From positions 45,570,001 to 45,634,000 of the forward strand of contig OX597830.1 of the NCBI GenBank assembly GCA_951406725.2: 64,000 bases of DNA. Direction: 5' to 3'. This document shows, piece after piece, positions 1 through 13,949 of the stretch. Position 1 is the first letter of the stretch, and every line of letters starts with the position of its first letter. This DNA comes from Octopus vulgaris (taxonomy: Eukaryota). The position numbers and the translations under genes are program-made. Under the pieces are notes generated by a model that had not been told where the DNA came from, made no database searches, and was given only the letters and a program-made list of their open reading frames with translations.

Positions 1-432
1 TTACTGTTATTCTATTATTTTAACGCTTGTCCATCGTCCAGAAATGGAGTAAGTGGAGCAAGAAGAAACGAAAAGTGTCGCTGAAGAGGTCACAGATGTA
101 TGACGAAAGATTTCGATATGTCTATTCTTCACATATTGGTCAAGCACAACAACAACCCCAGCAGCCAGAAAATCATGAACAGCAACAACAGAACCGCTCC
201 TAAATTCCAGCAAAAAAGCTGATTTACTGAACAACAGTATCTCTCACACACGGCTCTCACAGCAGCCACCACAATCCACCTCCTCCTCCTCATCATCATC
301 ATCACCCACTACCACCGCTGCCACCATCGTTTTCGACCACCTCAAATACTAAAAATAAACGACTGCTTTCTTCCCCCACATCACCACCACTTCAATCCTA
401 CTGTGGTATAAAAAAAAAACCTAAAAACAACT

Positions 433-838
433 AGGAGTGGCTGTATGGTAAGTAGCTTGCTAACCAACCACATGGGTCCGGGTTCAATCCCACTGCGTGG
501 CATCTTGGGCAAGTGTCTTCTGCTATAGCGCCGGGCAGACCAATGCCTTGTGAGTGGATTTGGTAGACGGAAACTGAAAGATGCCTGTCGTATATATGTA
601 TATATATATGTGTATGTGTGTGTGTTTGTGCGTCTGTGTTTGTTCCCCTAGCATTGCTTGACAACCAATGCTGGTGTGTTTACGTCCCCATCACTTAGCG
701 GTTCGACAAAAAGAGACCGATAGAATAAGTACTGGGCTTACAAAAAGAATAAGTCCTGGGGTCGAGTTGCTCGACTAAAGGCGGTGCTCCAGCATGGCCG
801 CAGTCAAATGACTGAAACAAGTAAAAGAGTAAAAGAGA
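433..838 (+). mobile_element. tRNA-derived SINE, family A (full length)
   Basis: Box A-like TGGCTGTATGG, box B GGTTCAATCC, internal (TA/TG)n, 3' tail ggcggtgctccagcatggccgcagtcaaatgactgaaacaagtaaaaga; many copies in window. Confidence 0.85.
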
Positions 839-1117
839 ATGAAATAGAATGTGTCACCCGTGACACTAATAAGAACCCCCCAAATATGCCGTTATTCACT
901 ACGTCACAGGCTCTGCACAGGTATTGAGTGCATCTCCACACATCTACCTGGCGCTATACGCATAATCAAGACAAACACTACCAGCGAAGGCCAAAGCACG
1001 CACCCCATAATAACATCAACATCAACACCACCAAACAGTAAATTGAACGTTAAAACACGCATAACTCGGAATCTGTCGGTATTCCCAACGCGAAAAACTT
1101 TGTTGCGGACGAGAGTG

Positions 1118-1712
1118 ATGAGAGCCAGAAATTTGGTACTCTATCAATACCAGGGGATTTCCACTTATGAGTCTTCGTTAGGGCCCTCCTTAGGTCGGCG
1201 ATTGAGATGTCTTACCATACCTGTTCTTGTAGATTTTTGTAGGCATCTTGGGTGCGTTTGATCCACTCTGCATTTTCTTTGTTTTTTCTCCGTAAAATAA
1301 TTTGGCATTGGATTTGAACATCTTATTTTGCTTGTAGTATTTGATTCTTTTCTCAAATCTGCGTATTCTCTGAGCTTTTGCTTGAACTTTTTGTTTAAGT
1401 GTTTCTTTCCCTGACATTAGTTCTTCTCTTGTTGAGAGTCCATATTTTCTCACAACCTTCCTGTCTTTTCTTGATCTTACACCATTTCCAGAGATTAGCT
1501 CAGTTAATATTGATGTCTCCCTTCGCAATGATTCAATTTCAGTTTCAATTCTACTCCTCCAGTTTGATTTTCTTTTTGAATTTGATATTGTTGGCTTTTT
1601 GGGTGTTAAACAACGTCTTTCGATTACCTGAGCAACAGAGTAAATAATTTCATTTAACTTATTAAGATCGGGTTTTAGTTGTTGTATGATTTCTTTTGTA
1701 ACGCAGTTGCCA
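1118..1712 (-). mobile_element. Dong/R4-clade LINE fragment (diverged second copy)
   Basis: ORF 1190..1792 shares KETLKQKVQAKAQRIRRF with ORF 3611..4591; 5' end abuts (TAA)n. Confidence 0.8.
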
Positions 1713-1789
<77 letters not shown>

Positions 1790-1790
1790 C
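1713..1790. repeat. (TAA)n microsatellite between Dong copies
   Basis: Perfect ATT run. Confidence 0.95.
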
Positions 1791-4600
1791 ATCGTTTTTT
1801 TTTACTTCTTCTTTCAAATTTGCTTCCATTTCTTGCCGAGTGTCTTCCCGACTCCTAGGGCAAAGAAACTCATAGTATACATTGGTAGGCCATTAAACTA
1901 AACTCACTAGTTCGTTCATTTTTTTTTTTTAAGTTAAATTAAAATACATGGGTAGTAACAGTTCTCACATCGACAATGCTCTTCTCCATACGTGTGATGT
2001 ACCAGTTAAGACAATCTTTAGGACTTCTTGCAGGGATGGTAAGCCAGGGATCATTCTCATATAATTTTCGGTTCCCTTCTTGATCATTCCTAGTGCTCCT
2101 ACGATCACTGGTATTGTAACCGCCTTGAGATGCCACATTTTCTCAATTTCAATGAGCAAGTCTTTATATTTTCTGAGCTTGTCAAGCTCTTTCGCCGAGA
2201 TATTATGATCACAGGGGATGCTCATGTCGATCAATAAGCAAACTTTATTGTTTTGGTCTTTCACAACAATATCCGGTTTATTGGCTTTGATGGTTCGGTC
2301 TGTATGTACTGGAAAGTCCCACAGAATCGTTACATTTTCTCCTTCAGTTACAGCTTCAGGGTGGTGATTATACCACTTGTCGGCAGTTTTGATATTGTAA
2401 TGCCGACTTATTAGCCAGTGTAGGTATTGGCCAACTCTGTCATGTCTTAATTTATACTCCACTGGTGCTAAGACTTTACATCCAGAGATTAGGTGGTCCA
2501 CTGTTTCAATCATGTCGTTGCAGAATCGGCATTTTGGATCTGCTCCATTTTTCATCACATTGGCCTGGTAGTTCCGGGTTAATGAGCAGCCAGGATGAAA
2601 CCTTCGCTCTCTGTTTTTAGCCCTGAGCTCCGTAGCCACTGATGGGTTTGCTTCTGGTCAACATCAGCTTGTTTGCTACGGGCCACATATTTGCCGTGCA
2701 GAGGTTTCTCCTCCCACCTATCAGCCAATTGCTCGTGCGCTTTTTTCGTTGCCATTATTTTCACCTTCTTTGCAACAATAGTTGCCGTACTTCCCTCGGG
2801 TTGTTCAGTTTGGGTATCCTGCACGAGATCAATAGCAAATTTTTTGCTTTCCTTTATGATAGAATGAAGCTTCTTTCGTCTCTCATGATTTTCCACGAGC
2901 TTTAGCATCCAGTCATTCGTTATTTCAAGATATTTGGCCAGTCCAATTGTGGTTGTTTTGTAAGCTAGTTCAAATTGGATCAGGCCTCGACCTCCTTGGG
3001 CTTTGGGAAGGTAAAGGCGATCTACGTCTGCCTTTGGGTGGTGCATCCTATTACAACTCAGCAGCTTGCGTATTTTCCTATCTATATTCTTTACTTCACT
3101 CATATTCCAGTTCAACACATTGTAGCTATAAGTAACAACTGGAACTGCTAAGGAATTTATAGCTAACACCTTGTTAAGTGCATTTAGTTCAGATTTCAGG
3201 ACTGCACGAACTCTCCTATAACATTCCTTCCTGATCTTCTCTTTCATGCTTGCATGCTGAATACCAGAGCCTTCATTTATCCCTAAATATTTGTATGTTT
3301 GTTCTTTCTCAAGTTCTCTTATGACTGTGTCAACATCTAACACGACTGAATTTGTGGTCTTCACTTTCCCTTTCTGGAAAGTGGCCTTGGCACACTTCTC
3401 AAGCCCAAACTCCATCCCGATGTCATCGCTGAATGCTTTCACAGTGCGCAATAGGCCTTCAAGTTCATTATCGTCTTTACCATAGAGTTTTAAGTCATCC
3501 ATATAAAATAGATGGCTTATTTTTTTATTGGCAATTTTATACCCATATCCTGTTCTGTTTAATTCACTTGTAAGGGGTATTAGGGCTATGCAGGATATTA
3601 AAGGTGAAAGTTAGTCACCTTGAAAAATTCCACAGTTGATGTTTATATTCTCTGAGGCAAGTACTCCATTAGAGTGGTATAATTGGAGATTCGTATTCCA
3701 CAACGACATATTGTGCTTCAGGAAGCTTGAAATCACAGGGGAAATTTTGAATATGTCCAGCGATCTCAAGATCCATGGATGCGGTATACTGTCGAAGGCC
3801 TTTTTATAGTCAATCCATGCGGAGCTGAGATTTCTGCGCTTGTTGTGACAGTTCTCAAGGATCATACGATTAATTAGCAGTTGATCTTTGCATCCGTATG
3901 AGCCTCGGCGGCACCCTTTTTGTTCAATGGGGAAAATATCGTTCTTCTCCATGAATGCATATGTTTTCTCCGCCAGGATAGATGTTAGGATTTTATACGT
4001 GGTGGATAGACAGGTTATAGACCGATAGTTTTTTGGAAGGTTGGTTTCGTTGTTCTTTGGGAGTAGGTAAGTAATACCACTTGCTAACCATTCAGGTGTT
4101 TTCTTTGGGTCTCTCATAATTCCATTGAGCAGCTGAACTAGCTTACCGTGTGCGCATGGGAGCGATGCGAGCCAGAAATTAAGCACCCTATCTTTACTGG
4201 GGGATTTCCAATTATGAGCCTTCGTGAGTGCCTTTCTTAGGTCTGCTATTGTGATGTCTTCCCATGCTTGTTGTTGTAAATTTTGGTAGGATCCTTCTGT
4301 TTGTATAATCCAGTCAGCATTTATGTTGTACGTCTTCTTGTCACTCCAAATCCTTTTCCAAAAGTTTTGAACTTCTTCCATGGGAGGGGGGTCTTTAACG
4401 GTTACTTTCTCCTTCCCTATTTCTCTGTAGAATCTTTTGGCATTGGATGTGAACAGCTTATTTTGCTTGTAAAACTTGTTTCTCTTCACAAATCTTCGTA
4501 TTCTTTGGGCTTTTGCTTGGACTTTTTGTTTCAGCGTTTCTTTTATTGATATCAGTTCTTCTCTTGGTGAGGATCCAAATTTTTTCTTCATCTTTCTTCC
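1791..4600 (-). mobile_element. Dong/R4-clade non-LTR retrotransposon, 5'-truncated, RT plus restriction-like endonuclease
   Basis: RT motifs WIDYKKAFDS, GIFQGD*LSP (nonsense at 3611-3613), YMDDLKLY; CCHC knuckle CRFC..ETVDHLISGC; RLE motif KPDIVV..LLIDMSIP; one frameshift near 2590; (TAA)n on both sides. Confidence 0.92.
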
Positions 4601-4658
<58 letters not shown>

Positions 4659-4659
4659 G

Positions 4660-5215
4660 AATGAGAGAGCAGTGCATGCCATCAAAGTGACACTGGGGTA
4701 AAATATACGAAGCCCAGTATTTCCATCAGGACTATCCGTCTGATAAGGGTACACTAGGCACATGCATCATAACCATGTGTGCGCAACATGGTGATCTCAT
4801 ATCAAGATAAACAGCGCATGACCTTGCGGGTGGGGCCCAGTTAGAATTTTCCTCAGGTCGAGTAACCCATCCCGTTCAAAAAATCCCTGAATAAGGGTTG
4901 TTTAAGGATGTTGAACGAAACACCCATGTTTCCAGAGGTGAATTATTCAAACCCCAAAGAATCCCTCTCAAAACATGGCTATGATGCTCCCCCACTACTT
5001 CTGCTCGTAATCAGAGATGCACATATTGCCAGCCATTAAGGAATATGCTCAACTGGTTAAGGTCACACAACTGGTAAGCAAATCTGTAGTATTGAGCAGA
5101 ATATGTGCTGTAGCTCATCTTTTATACCAAGGCAAAACAGGATACATGATAACACTTCCAATCATTTAAGATCAGAAGCCACGAGAGCCACTGCCTGGTA
5201 CTGCATCAGGGCATT
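4660..5215 (-). mobile_element. ~560 bp non-coding interspersed element embedded in (TAA)n
   Basis: Diverged inverted copy at ~47695-48205 that also ends in (AAT)n. Confidence 0.75.
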
Positions 5216-5217
5216 TA

Positions 5218-5275
<58 letters not shown>

Positions 5276-5306
5276 TACTACTACTACTATTATTATTATT
5301 TCCCAA

Positions 5307-5352
5307 GACACCTGATGAAGGCTGGAGGGTATATCAGCCGAAACGTTGTATT
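5307..5352 (+). ncRNA. Minimal type I hammerhead ribozyme motif (Penelope-like terminal repeat)
   Basis: GACAC-CUGAUGA-A-GGCUG..CAGCC-GAAACGUU-GUAUU; one stem I mismatch; same repeat as 18382-18427. Confidence 0.65.
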
Positions 5353-5507
5353 AACAAACAAGATGAGGACAAATATCCGTCAATTGTAAATAATGTAAAT
5401 GCGTGGTTTGTTCCAAAATGGTAAATCGTTGTTAGTGTTGCAATATTCATGGAAAAGCCAATCTTCAGAAAAATAGACATCAAATTATTTCAAAACACAA
5501 CCATTAG

Positions 5508-5560
5508 GATGGCGGTGCCCCAGCATGGCCACAGCTCGTGAGCTGAAACTAGATAAAATT
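5508..5560 (+). mobile_element. Isolated 3' tail related to SINE family A (also ~12218-12265 and ~53843-53900)
   Basis: ggcggtgccccagcatggccacagctc..gctgaaactaga. Confidence 0.65.
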
Positions 5561-5622
5561 TAAAAAATTAAGATTGTATTTTAGCGCGCGCACACACACG
5601 CATACACACACACACCAACACA

Positions 5623-5697
<75 letters not shown>

Positions 5698-5994
5698 CTC
5701 TTTAAAGCTAAAAGGAAAAACACAGTATTATTATGCCGATGGCTTATATTTCTTCTATTCTTTATTTGATTAACTGGAAAGTGAACTAAATTTAAGGTTA
5801 ATTTAGTAAACTTTTGTATGCTTCTCAATATTCCTAAACATTTACGCGTATGTACAGTCTTACACACACACACATACACACACATAACAAACGTTTGCAC
5901 GTACAAGTGTTAATGATTGTGTGTGTTAGCGAATATGTGCGCGCGATAGAGTTATATCTGAGAATCTTTCCGAACACATTACTTTACAAAATTA

Positions 5995-6300
5995 CTAGCA
6001 GTATCACCCGGCGTTGCTTGGGTTTGTTTCGACCCTTTAGAATTGGAATTTTTGAAAAGTAAAAATTTTGCATTATGTAGCTTGTTATTCTCTTTAAGTG
6101 AACATTTTTCTGGTTGAAATACACCGAAAAATGGCGACACAGCAGTCAAATAATCATAAAAAATAGGGATTTTCATAGAAAAAAAAAGCAGCTTTTTGAT
6201 GTAAATAATTTTTGGTGTTAACATGGTTCAATTTGAATTTTATCTTCTACGGAAGGAAGAGCAAGCCTTCTATCATACTCTCAATTTTAGTCAACTTTGC
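5995..6300 (-). mobile_element. Helitron-like 3' end
   Basis: Minus-strand terminus gcaacgccgggtgatactgCTAG matches the Helitron copies at 11769 and 22520; inner boundary uncertain. Confidence 0.65.
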
Positions 6301-6979
6301 TGTGAAAACGGGGATTTTATTGATTTTAGGGGACTCTTGGGGGTCTAGATTGGACACCTTTTGCCCGATTTCAATCAAATTTTCAACATGGTAAAGTGGA
6401 AGCGGATTTGTAATTTAAGCGCGGAAAATGGGTTCGAAATTTTGAAAATTAAGGCAAGAGTTTTGAAGTTGGAAAAAAATTCTCATTTTTACGTATTTTT
6501 GCCTTTTATTTTTTATTGTTTACAGTTTTCCTTTTTTCTGAAAAAAATTTACAGCTGTATGTAGCCCGTGTTTAGAGCTTTCATTTGCATGGTCAATTGA
6601 CGAAAAATTCCCTAAATAAGTTCTAAATTTAACAAAGAAATCCTTTTTTCTTTATTTTTAATCGCTCAAATAGTGGCACGTACGAAAGGCAAGTGTGCTT
6701 TCCGTTGTCACTGCCTGATATTTATGATTGATCTTTCAAAATATTTTCTTTCTCAACTTACTCAAGATCTTTTGTTTTTTTATAAATGGGAGAGAGATAG
6801 ATAGAGAAAGATAGAGAGTAAGAGAAAGCGAGGGAGAGTCCGAGAGAAAGGAAGAGTAAGAGAGTGGGAAAGTGAGAGAGAAAGAAGAGAGAAACAAAGA
6901 GGGAGAATGTGGCGATAAAAAACAGAAAGGAAGCAACAGAAAGTAACAACCACACCCTCACCCGCGCGTAGAGCGGGTC

Positions 6980-8050
6980 ACCTGAAGCTAGTAAAATACA
7001 TAGCAAATGGTTTGCGAATAATTTTCAAAAGACGACTGTGTTGAGATAAGAATACAACAGATTTTAATTTACAGCAACAATCAAGGCAGAGTTTACATAA
7101 ACGTATTTGTAAGAATATTTGCACAAACGTCCACCTGGAGATCAAAAGGTTCCGAGGTCGATTGTCACTCTTGCTTAAATGAAAATGCTGGAAGATCGAG
7201 AGAAGTGTTGGTGGACAGCCAAACTTCTGAAGCAGATGCACAACATAGAACGCTTGACCATGCCAAACGCCTTTGTTAGATTGACGAAGGCGTACCATAT
7301 GTGTTCATGATACTTGAAGAATACGAGGTGCATATATCATGTCAGAAGTGCTTCTTTCTGGTCGAAATCTATACTGGGACTAAGGTATAACCAGGTTGAC
7401 AATATGAAGTAGCAGATGACGGGGATGAACACGAGAGAGGACCTTTGCCGGCATCATCCAGAAGAGCAATTCCTCTCCTGTTGACACACTCTGCACGGTC
7501 TCTCTTGTGCTTGTAGATTGCTACGATATTGGAGTATATCCACCTGTCAGGTATAGTCTTCCCTTGTCAACAGAGAAGAAACAAAGAGTGAACATTGGAT
7601 GTGAGGTGAGGATGTGATGTGAAGTATCGCAGTTTTTTTCTTTCAGTAAGGTGCCTTTAGATAATCTTACCGGAGCAGTCACCTGCTTGGGCCTAAAAAT
7701 TCTCTTAATCCAGTTGTAGAATTCATGGGTTTTTTGTTCTCGTCTACAAAACGTTAAGTTTCTTCTGCCTTACAAAGCCAGTAGTCGTTTTGAGCATTCC
7801 TGGTGACACGTTGTGCAGTGGTGCTACGAGCATCCTTCCATTTTTTGCGCAGGGGTGCAGAGTCCGGGTTGAGTTGAACAGCATCGTTGAGTTTGTTCTT
7901 CTCGGACAGGAAAGGTTGTATGACTTCAGCCGATTCATCAAACCAATCGGGGTTGCGACGCGTCGTTGTCCCGAGGGTTGCCTTGGCAATATCTTGAAGA
8001 ACACAAAGTGATGAGTCCCAAAGTTAGGTGAGGTGAGCAGCCAAAAGATT
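6980..8050 (-). mobile_element. Degenerate RTE (BovB-like) LINE fragment
   Basis: AFVNLTKAF and LLQKFGCPPTLLSI RT remnants with stops and frameshifts. Confidence 0.7.
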
Positions 8051-8720
8051 AGGGATAAACGGGGGCTGATCTTGAATTCCACATTGAAACTGAGTACGCT
8101 TCGTGGGATTGGGGAGGGCTACAAACATCATTTGGATATTATTTCTGACTTGCGCTTGCTGGATAGAACCCAGCTTTAGGCTCCGAAAACTCCACATTGC
8201 TTGCTAAAGGACCATTAGCCTGATTTTAAAAAAATCTAATCCTTCTATTAGATTAATATACCCAACTAAGTATGATTTGGGCAGGATTAGCAAGTTTATT
8301 ATTGATTGGATTATTCCCATCTTTAAAGATAAGGTTAAGCTTCCCCTTTGGGCTTTCACTGGGGATGTTTAACCCCCCCCCCCGGAATTTTCACACAAAA
8401 AAAAATCAGTTTTTTTTTTTTTTTTAGTGAAAATCGTGCGGGTGTTAATCTGTAATTTTACCCGGTATCTGACACACCTAACCAGAGAAATCGGATCACT
8501 ACTCTTGGTTCTTTGGTTCACATTGCTAGTGGAGGCCGGACTTAGTGTAATAACTTCATCTGGATTGGTCGCTGGCGGAAAGACTGCGACATATCACCTG
8601 TCAATTATGGTTATTACATAACTTTTGACTTCTTGAAAGAACTGTCGGGATAAGACATTGCATAATCTGTCTGTCCCTGTCTATATATATGGATATGTAT
8701 GCATATATATGTGAATACAT

Positions 8721-8797
<77 letters not shown>

Positions 8798-8959
8798 AAC
8801 AAATATTGAATTCAGGCTAACGAACCAAAATATGGGATTTTGCAGCATATTAGGAGGTCAGGGTACTTGATTCCACGCAAAAAATCCGAGTTTTTTTTTT
8901 TTTTCTTAGTGAAAATCGTGTGGGTGTTAATCTGTAATTTTACCGATTAATCATGGTTC

Positions 8960-10490
<1,531 letters not shown>

Positions 10491-10515
10491 TAGTAATAAT
10501 AATCCGGATCTTTTC

Positions 10516-10911
10516 GGTTTGAACGGCAGTTTTTTCTAGCGGTGTCATATGAAATTGTCACCCATAATTATGACCCTAGCATCGATCTATTGCATTTCAA
10601 TCTATTTTAAGGTTAGAGTTAGGGGTGGGGGAAGGGTATCTTTTTTTCTTCAGAAATGTAAATAAACCCAATCTGTTTCTTAAACGAGGGACATTTTCAT
10701 ACGGCACAGAATGTTTTCACCTCAATAGACGTCATTGATTGGTTGAAATTGCAGAAATTGAAGAAAAGAAAAAACAAATATCTTACTAACTATAGAATTT
10801 TCTCAATAAAGCCAAGAGAAAAAGATGTTTTATAAACACATTCTACCAGTATACAAAGTTTAAAAGTGTTTAGTTACGTGGAAATTATTTTAAAAAACTG
10901 CCGTTCAAACC
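10516..10911. mobile_element. MITE (~400 bp) with ~20 bp terminal inverted repeats
   Basis: ggtttgaacggcagtttttt ... aaaaaactgccgttcaaacc; non-coding interior. Confidence 0.75.
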
Positions 10912-11768
10912 CCAAAAAATACAATAATCCTTTCTACTATAGGCACAAAGCCTGAAATTGGGGGGAGGGGGGGAGGGGAATAATCGATTTCTTCGACCCC
11001 AGTAGTCAACTGGTACAAGCAGGGATGGAATTTATAAATGTTTTAATGTATCACTACGTGCGTTTCCATAGTCTGCAAACCTGGGATGACTAGGGTCACA
11101 AAAACGTGATTTGCGGAAATGATTGTAGCGATGCATTAAAATTTTTATAAATTCCATCTCTGGATTATTATTATTAGTAGTAGTACTAAAGGGTAAAGAC
11201 CCCCTTCGGTCATGAATGACCATGGGATTGCACCTAGAAAGTTACCCTCCTAGACACAAGTTCGGGCAAGGTTGTTTATGGAAGACCAGCAGTCGCTCAT
11301 GCATACCAGTACGCCACCAGTGTTATCCAAGTCGAGCTAGTGAGTAGCTGAGTGAACTGAGCAACGTGAAAATAAAGTGCTTTGCTAGTAGTAGTAGTAG
11401 TAGTAGTAGCTAACCACTGAGCCATGCGCCTTCACATGTAGTAGTAGTAGTAGTAGTATATTTATCCTACGTTATTTCGGCACAGCTCGGTACGATCTCA
11501 TAACAATGGTGATACAGGTTGGAATTACAAGGCCATAGTCATGATAACAGCAGCTTTTATATGCAGACTCAGAAACGTTTCTTGTAAGTGAACACATACA
11601 CACACACACACACAGGGTTTCAATAAGGGCATTGAATAATTTCAACGCCAGTCCGCTAGAAAATAGACAGCGAGGATTTATAAAATAATTTGGATATTAC
11701 CATATCTATTAGAGTTCACGGTTCAGCGCCCTTGACTGACACTTTGATATAAATTGACCGTTATCATA

Positions 11769-12165
11769 TCTTTATATATAAAAGTGAGGTTGTGTGCTGT
11801 CTGTCTCCTACGATTTAGATTCCTAACTACTCCCACATTTTGCGGTGCAGTTTAACCAAAACCGGGTATCTTATAGTTGTGATTCATATCGAGCCCTTCT
11901 GGGTATTAGCGCTCGTCTACGATGAGTCTACGATTAAAAAAAAAATTTACCATCAATTTTTCCGATTTTTAATGCATTTTTGGCATATATAAGGGAAGTA
12001 ACTCTCTAAAAATTTATTATTAAATCTCAGAACGTAAAAAACTACAGAATCGCCCCCCTCATTGTGGTTAGCTATATTGAGATGGCTATTATACTTTACA
12101 ACTCTAAAAATGCTTATATAGTTATTTCCCTTACAAACCCGAGCAACGCCGGGCGATATTGCTAG
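11769..12165 (+). mobile_element. Non-autonomous Helitron
   Basis: A|TC...CTAG|T termini with subterminal GC-rich palindromic segment gcaacgccgggcgatattgc; near-identical 5' part at 22520 and 25093. Confidence 0.85.
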
Positions 12166-12265
12166 TTTTAGTATAAAGATGTAAATAACAGGCTGAAAAA
12201 TCTTTTTGGACGCCTCATGGTGGTGCTCCAGCATGACCACAGCTACCTGGCTGAAACACATAAAA

Positions 12266-12338
<73 letters not shown>

Positions 12339-12733
12339 ATAAAATTTTATATATATATTTTGCGTATATGTATGTTTAAATGTTTTCACTTTCTTAAATA
12401 TAAAAGTTCAATTCTCTTTCGCTGCATCTTTTCCTCTTGCCTCTCTATTACATCATCGTCATCATTATCACCATCATCACCCGCCAACGCCGTATTTTAA
12501 CGCTATTGCATATTTTGTGTGCAGTACAGAAATAGCATCTTCGTATATGTGAGTGGAGTGTGGGAGAGATCTGGTTACTATGGATACCACTGTAGTGTGG
12601 CATGTATCGATCACTATCTGATGGGAAGTGAATTTCCGTAGTATCTGTAAGAGTGCGTACGGAGTGAGTGAGGGGAGACAGGGGATGAAACGAAGTGAGA
12701 ATGGAGACAACATGTTATTGGAGGAGGAGGAGG

Positions 12734-12777
<44 letters not shown>

Positions 12778-13949
12778 GTGGTGGTGGTGGTATTGAATAG
12801 GGTTGATTGAACGACGTAGCTAACGCGCCTGAAGGAGAAAGTGTGAGAGAATGGTTTGAAAGACGTATGTTGACGTGTTGGTGCATGTATCTATGCGTGT
12901 GTGTGTGTGTGTTTATTGTGTCACTGTCTGTGCGGATTTGTGTGCGCGCATTTTTGTGTGCGTTAGTGTTGTATAGAAGAGTTGGGGAGTAAAGGTGAGA
13001 AGAGGGCAAAGATAGAACTAAAACCGGTAAAAGCTGATGTCTTCAATGACGTTTAAGTGTCATGGCTAATGAACAAGGAAATACCATTGAGTGAGTGTTC
13101 AACATTTCGTATCTTGCATTTGCTTACGGTCAGCTGTTCCATGTGACTTCTCTTTGCGATGAGAGAAGGAAATCGAATGAAGCCTAATAAGATCTAACGT
13201 GTGGAACAAGATCTAAATAACAGGAAGTAAATTAGGCGATTCCCTGATGTGTAGACAAACGTGTGACATGGGAATTTCACAGATTTCCCGATATTGAAAT
13301 TAAGAGGGATTACTAAACAGATAAACAGGTGAAAAAAACTGACAAAAAGCGAGAAAAATAAACATACAATGAAGCAGTCAATAAAACAAGCAATAAAAGA
13401 GCTGAATCCTAATTGAATGAATCGTCGACGGTTGTACTGGAAGTAATGTAAAAGTGAGCATAGCTGGGGGGGTCTTGATTTCAAATTGCCCTTGCTCTTG
13501 TTTGAGTAACTCTTGTTTGTTATAAACAAACTGTCCTCGGGTTGTTGTTTGTGAATTGGATGTTGATAGAAAACGAAAATGTCTTTCTAGGGCCTCATGT
13601 AAAAATAAACACTCTCAATGAATTAGCAGAAACTGCAATTTCTGCATATAGTGTTTTCTTTGTTGGCCTTTGAATGAAAAATAACGACATTTACACACCG
13701 GGAGAGACACACAACTAGAATCTCGGAAATTATAACTAGTATACAGCAATCCTTGGCTGACCCATCACAACAGGGAAATAATCACACTATATTCGTGATG
13801 ACAAAATCTGTCTTCAAAACTGCTGTGAGAATGGAGACATCAAGTGGCTACCTCAACATTCTGGGAGCAGCTGCTTCACTTTCTGGGATTACCACCAAAA
13901 TCCACCTTTCATGGGGCTCAATGAGAAGTTCTAAAAAGTCGGATCACGC

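Noticed and set aside
7-234. 75-aa ORF at the window start
   Set aside because: No recognisable homology or motif; cannot be supported as coding
431-664. Paralogous short ORFs (431..664, 10039..10308, 29910..30158)
   Set aside because: Antisense translations of SINE family A
12614-13009. Poly-Pro/poly-Ala ORF resembling a transcription factor segment
   Set aside because: Produced by triplet repeats; no domain or convincing splice context
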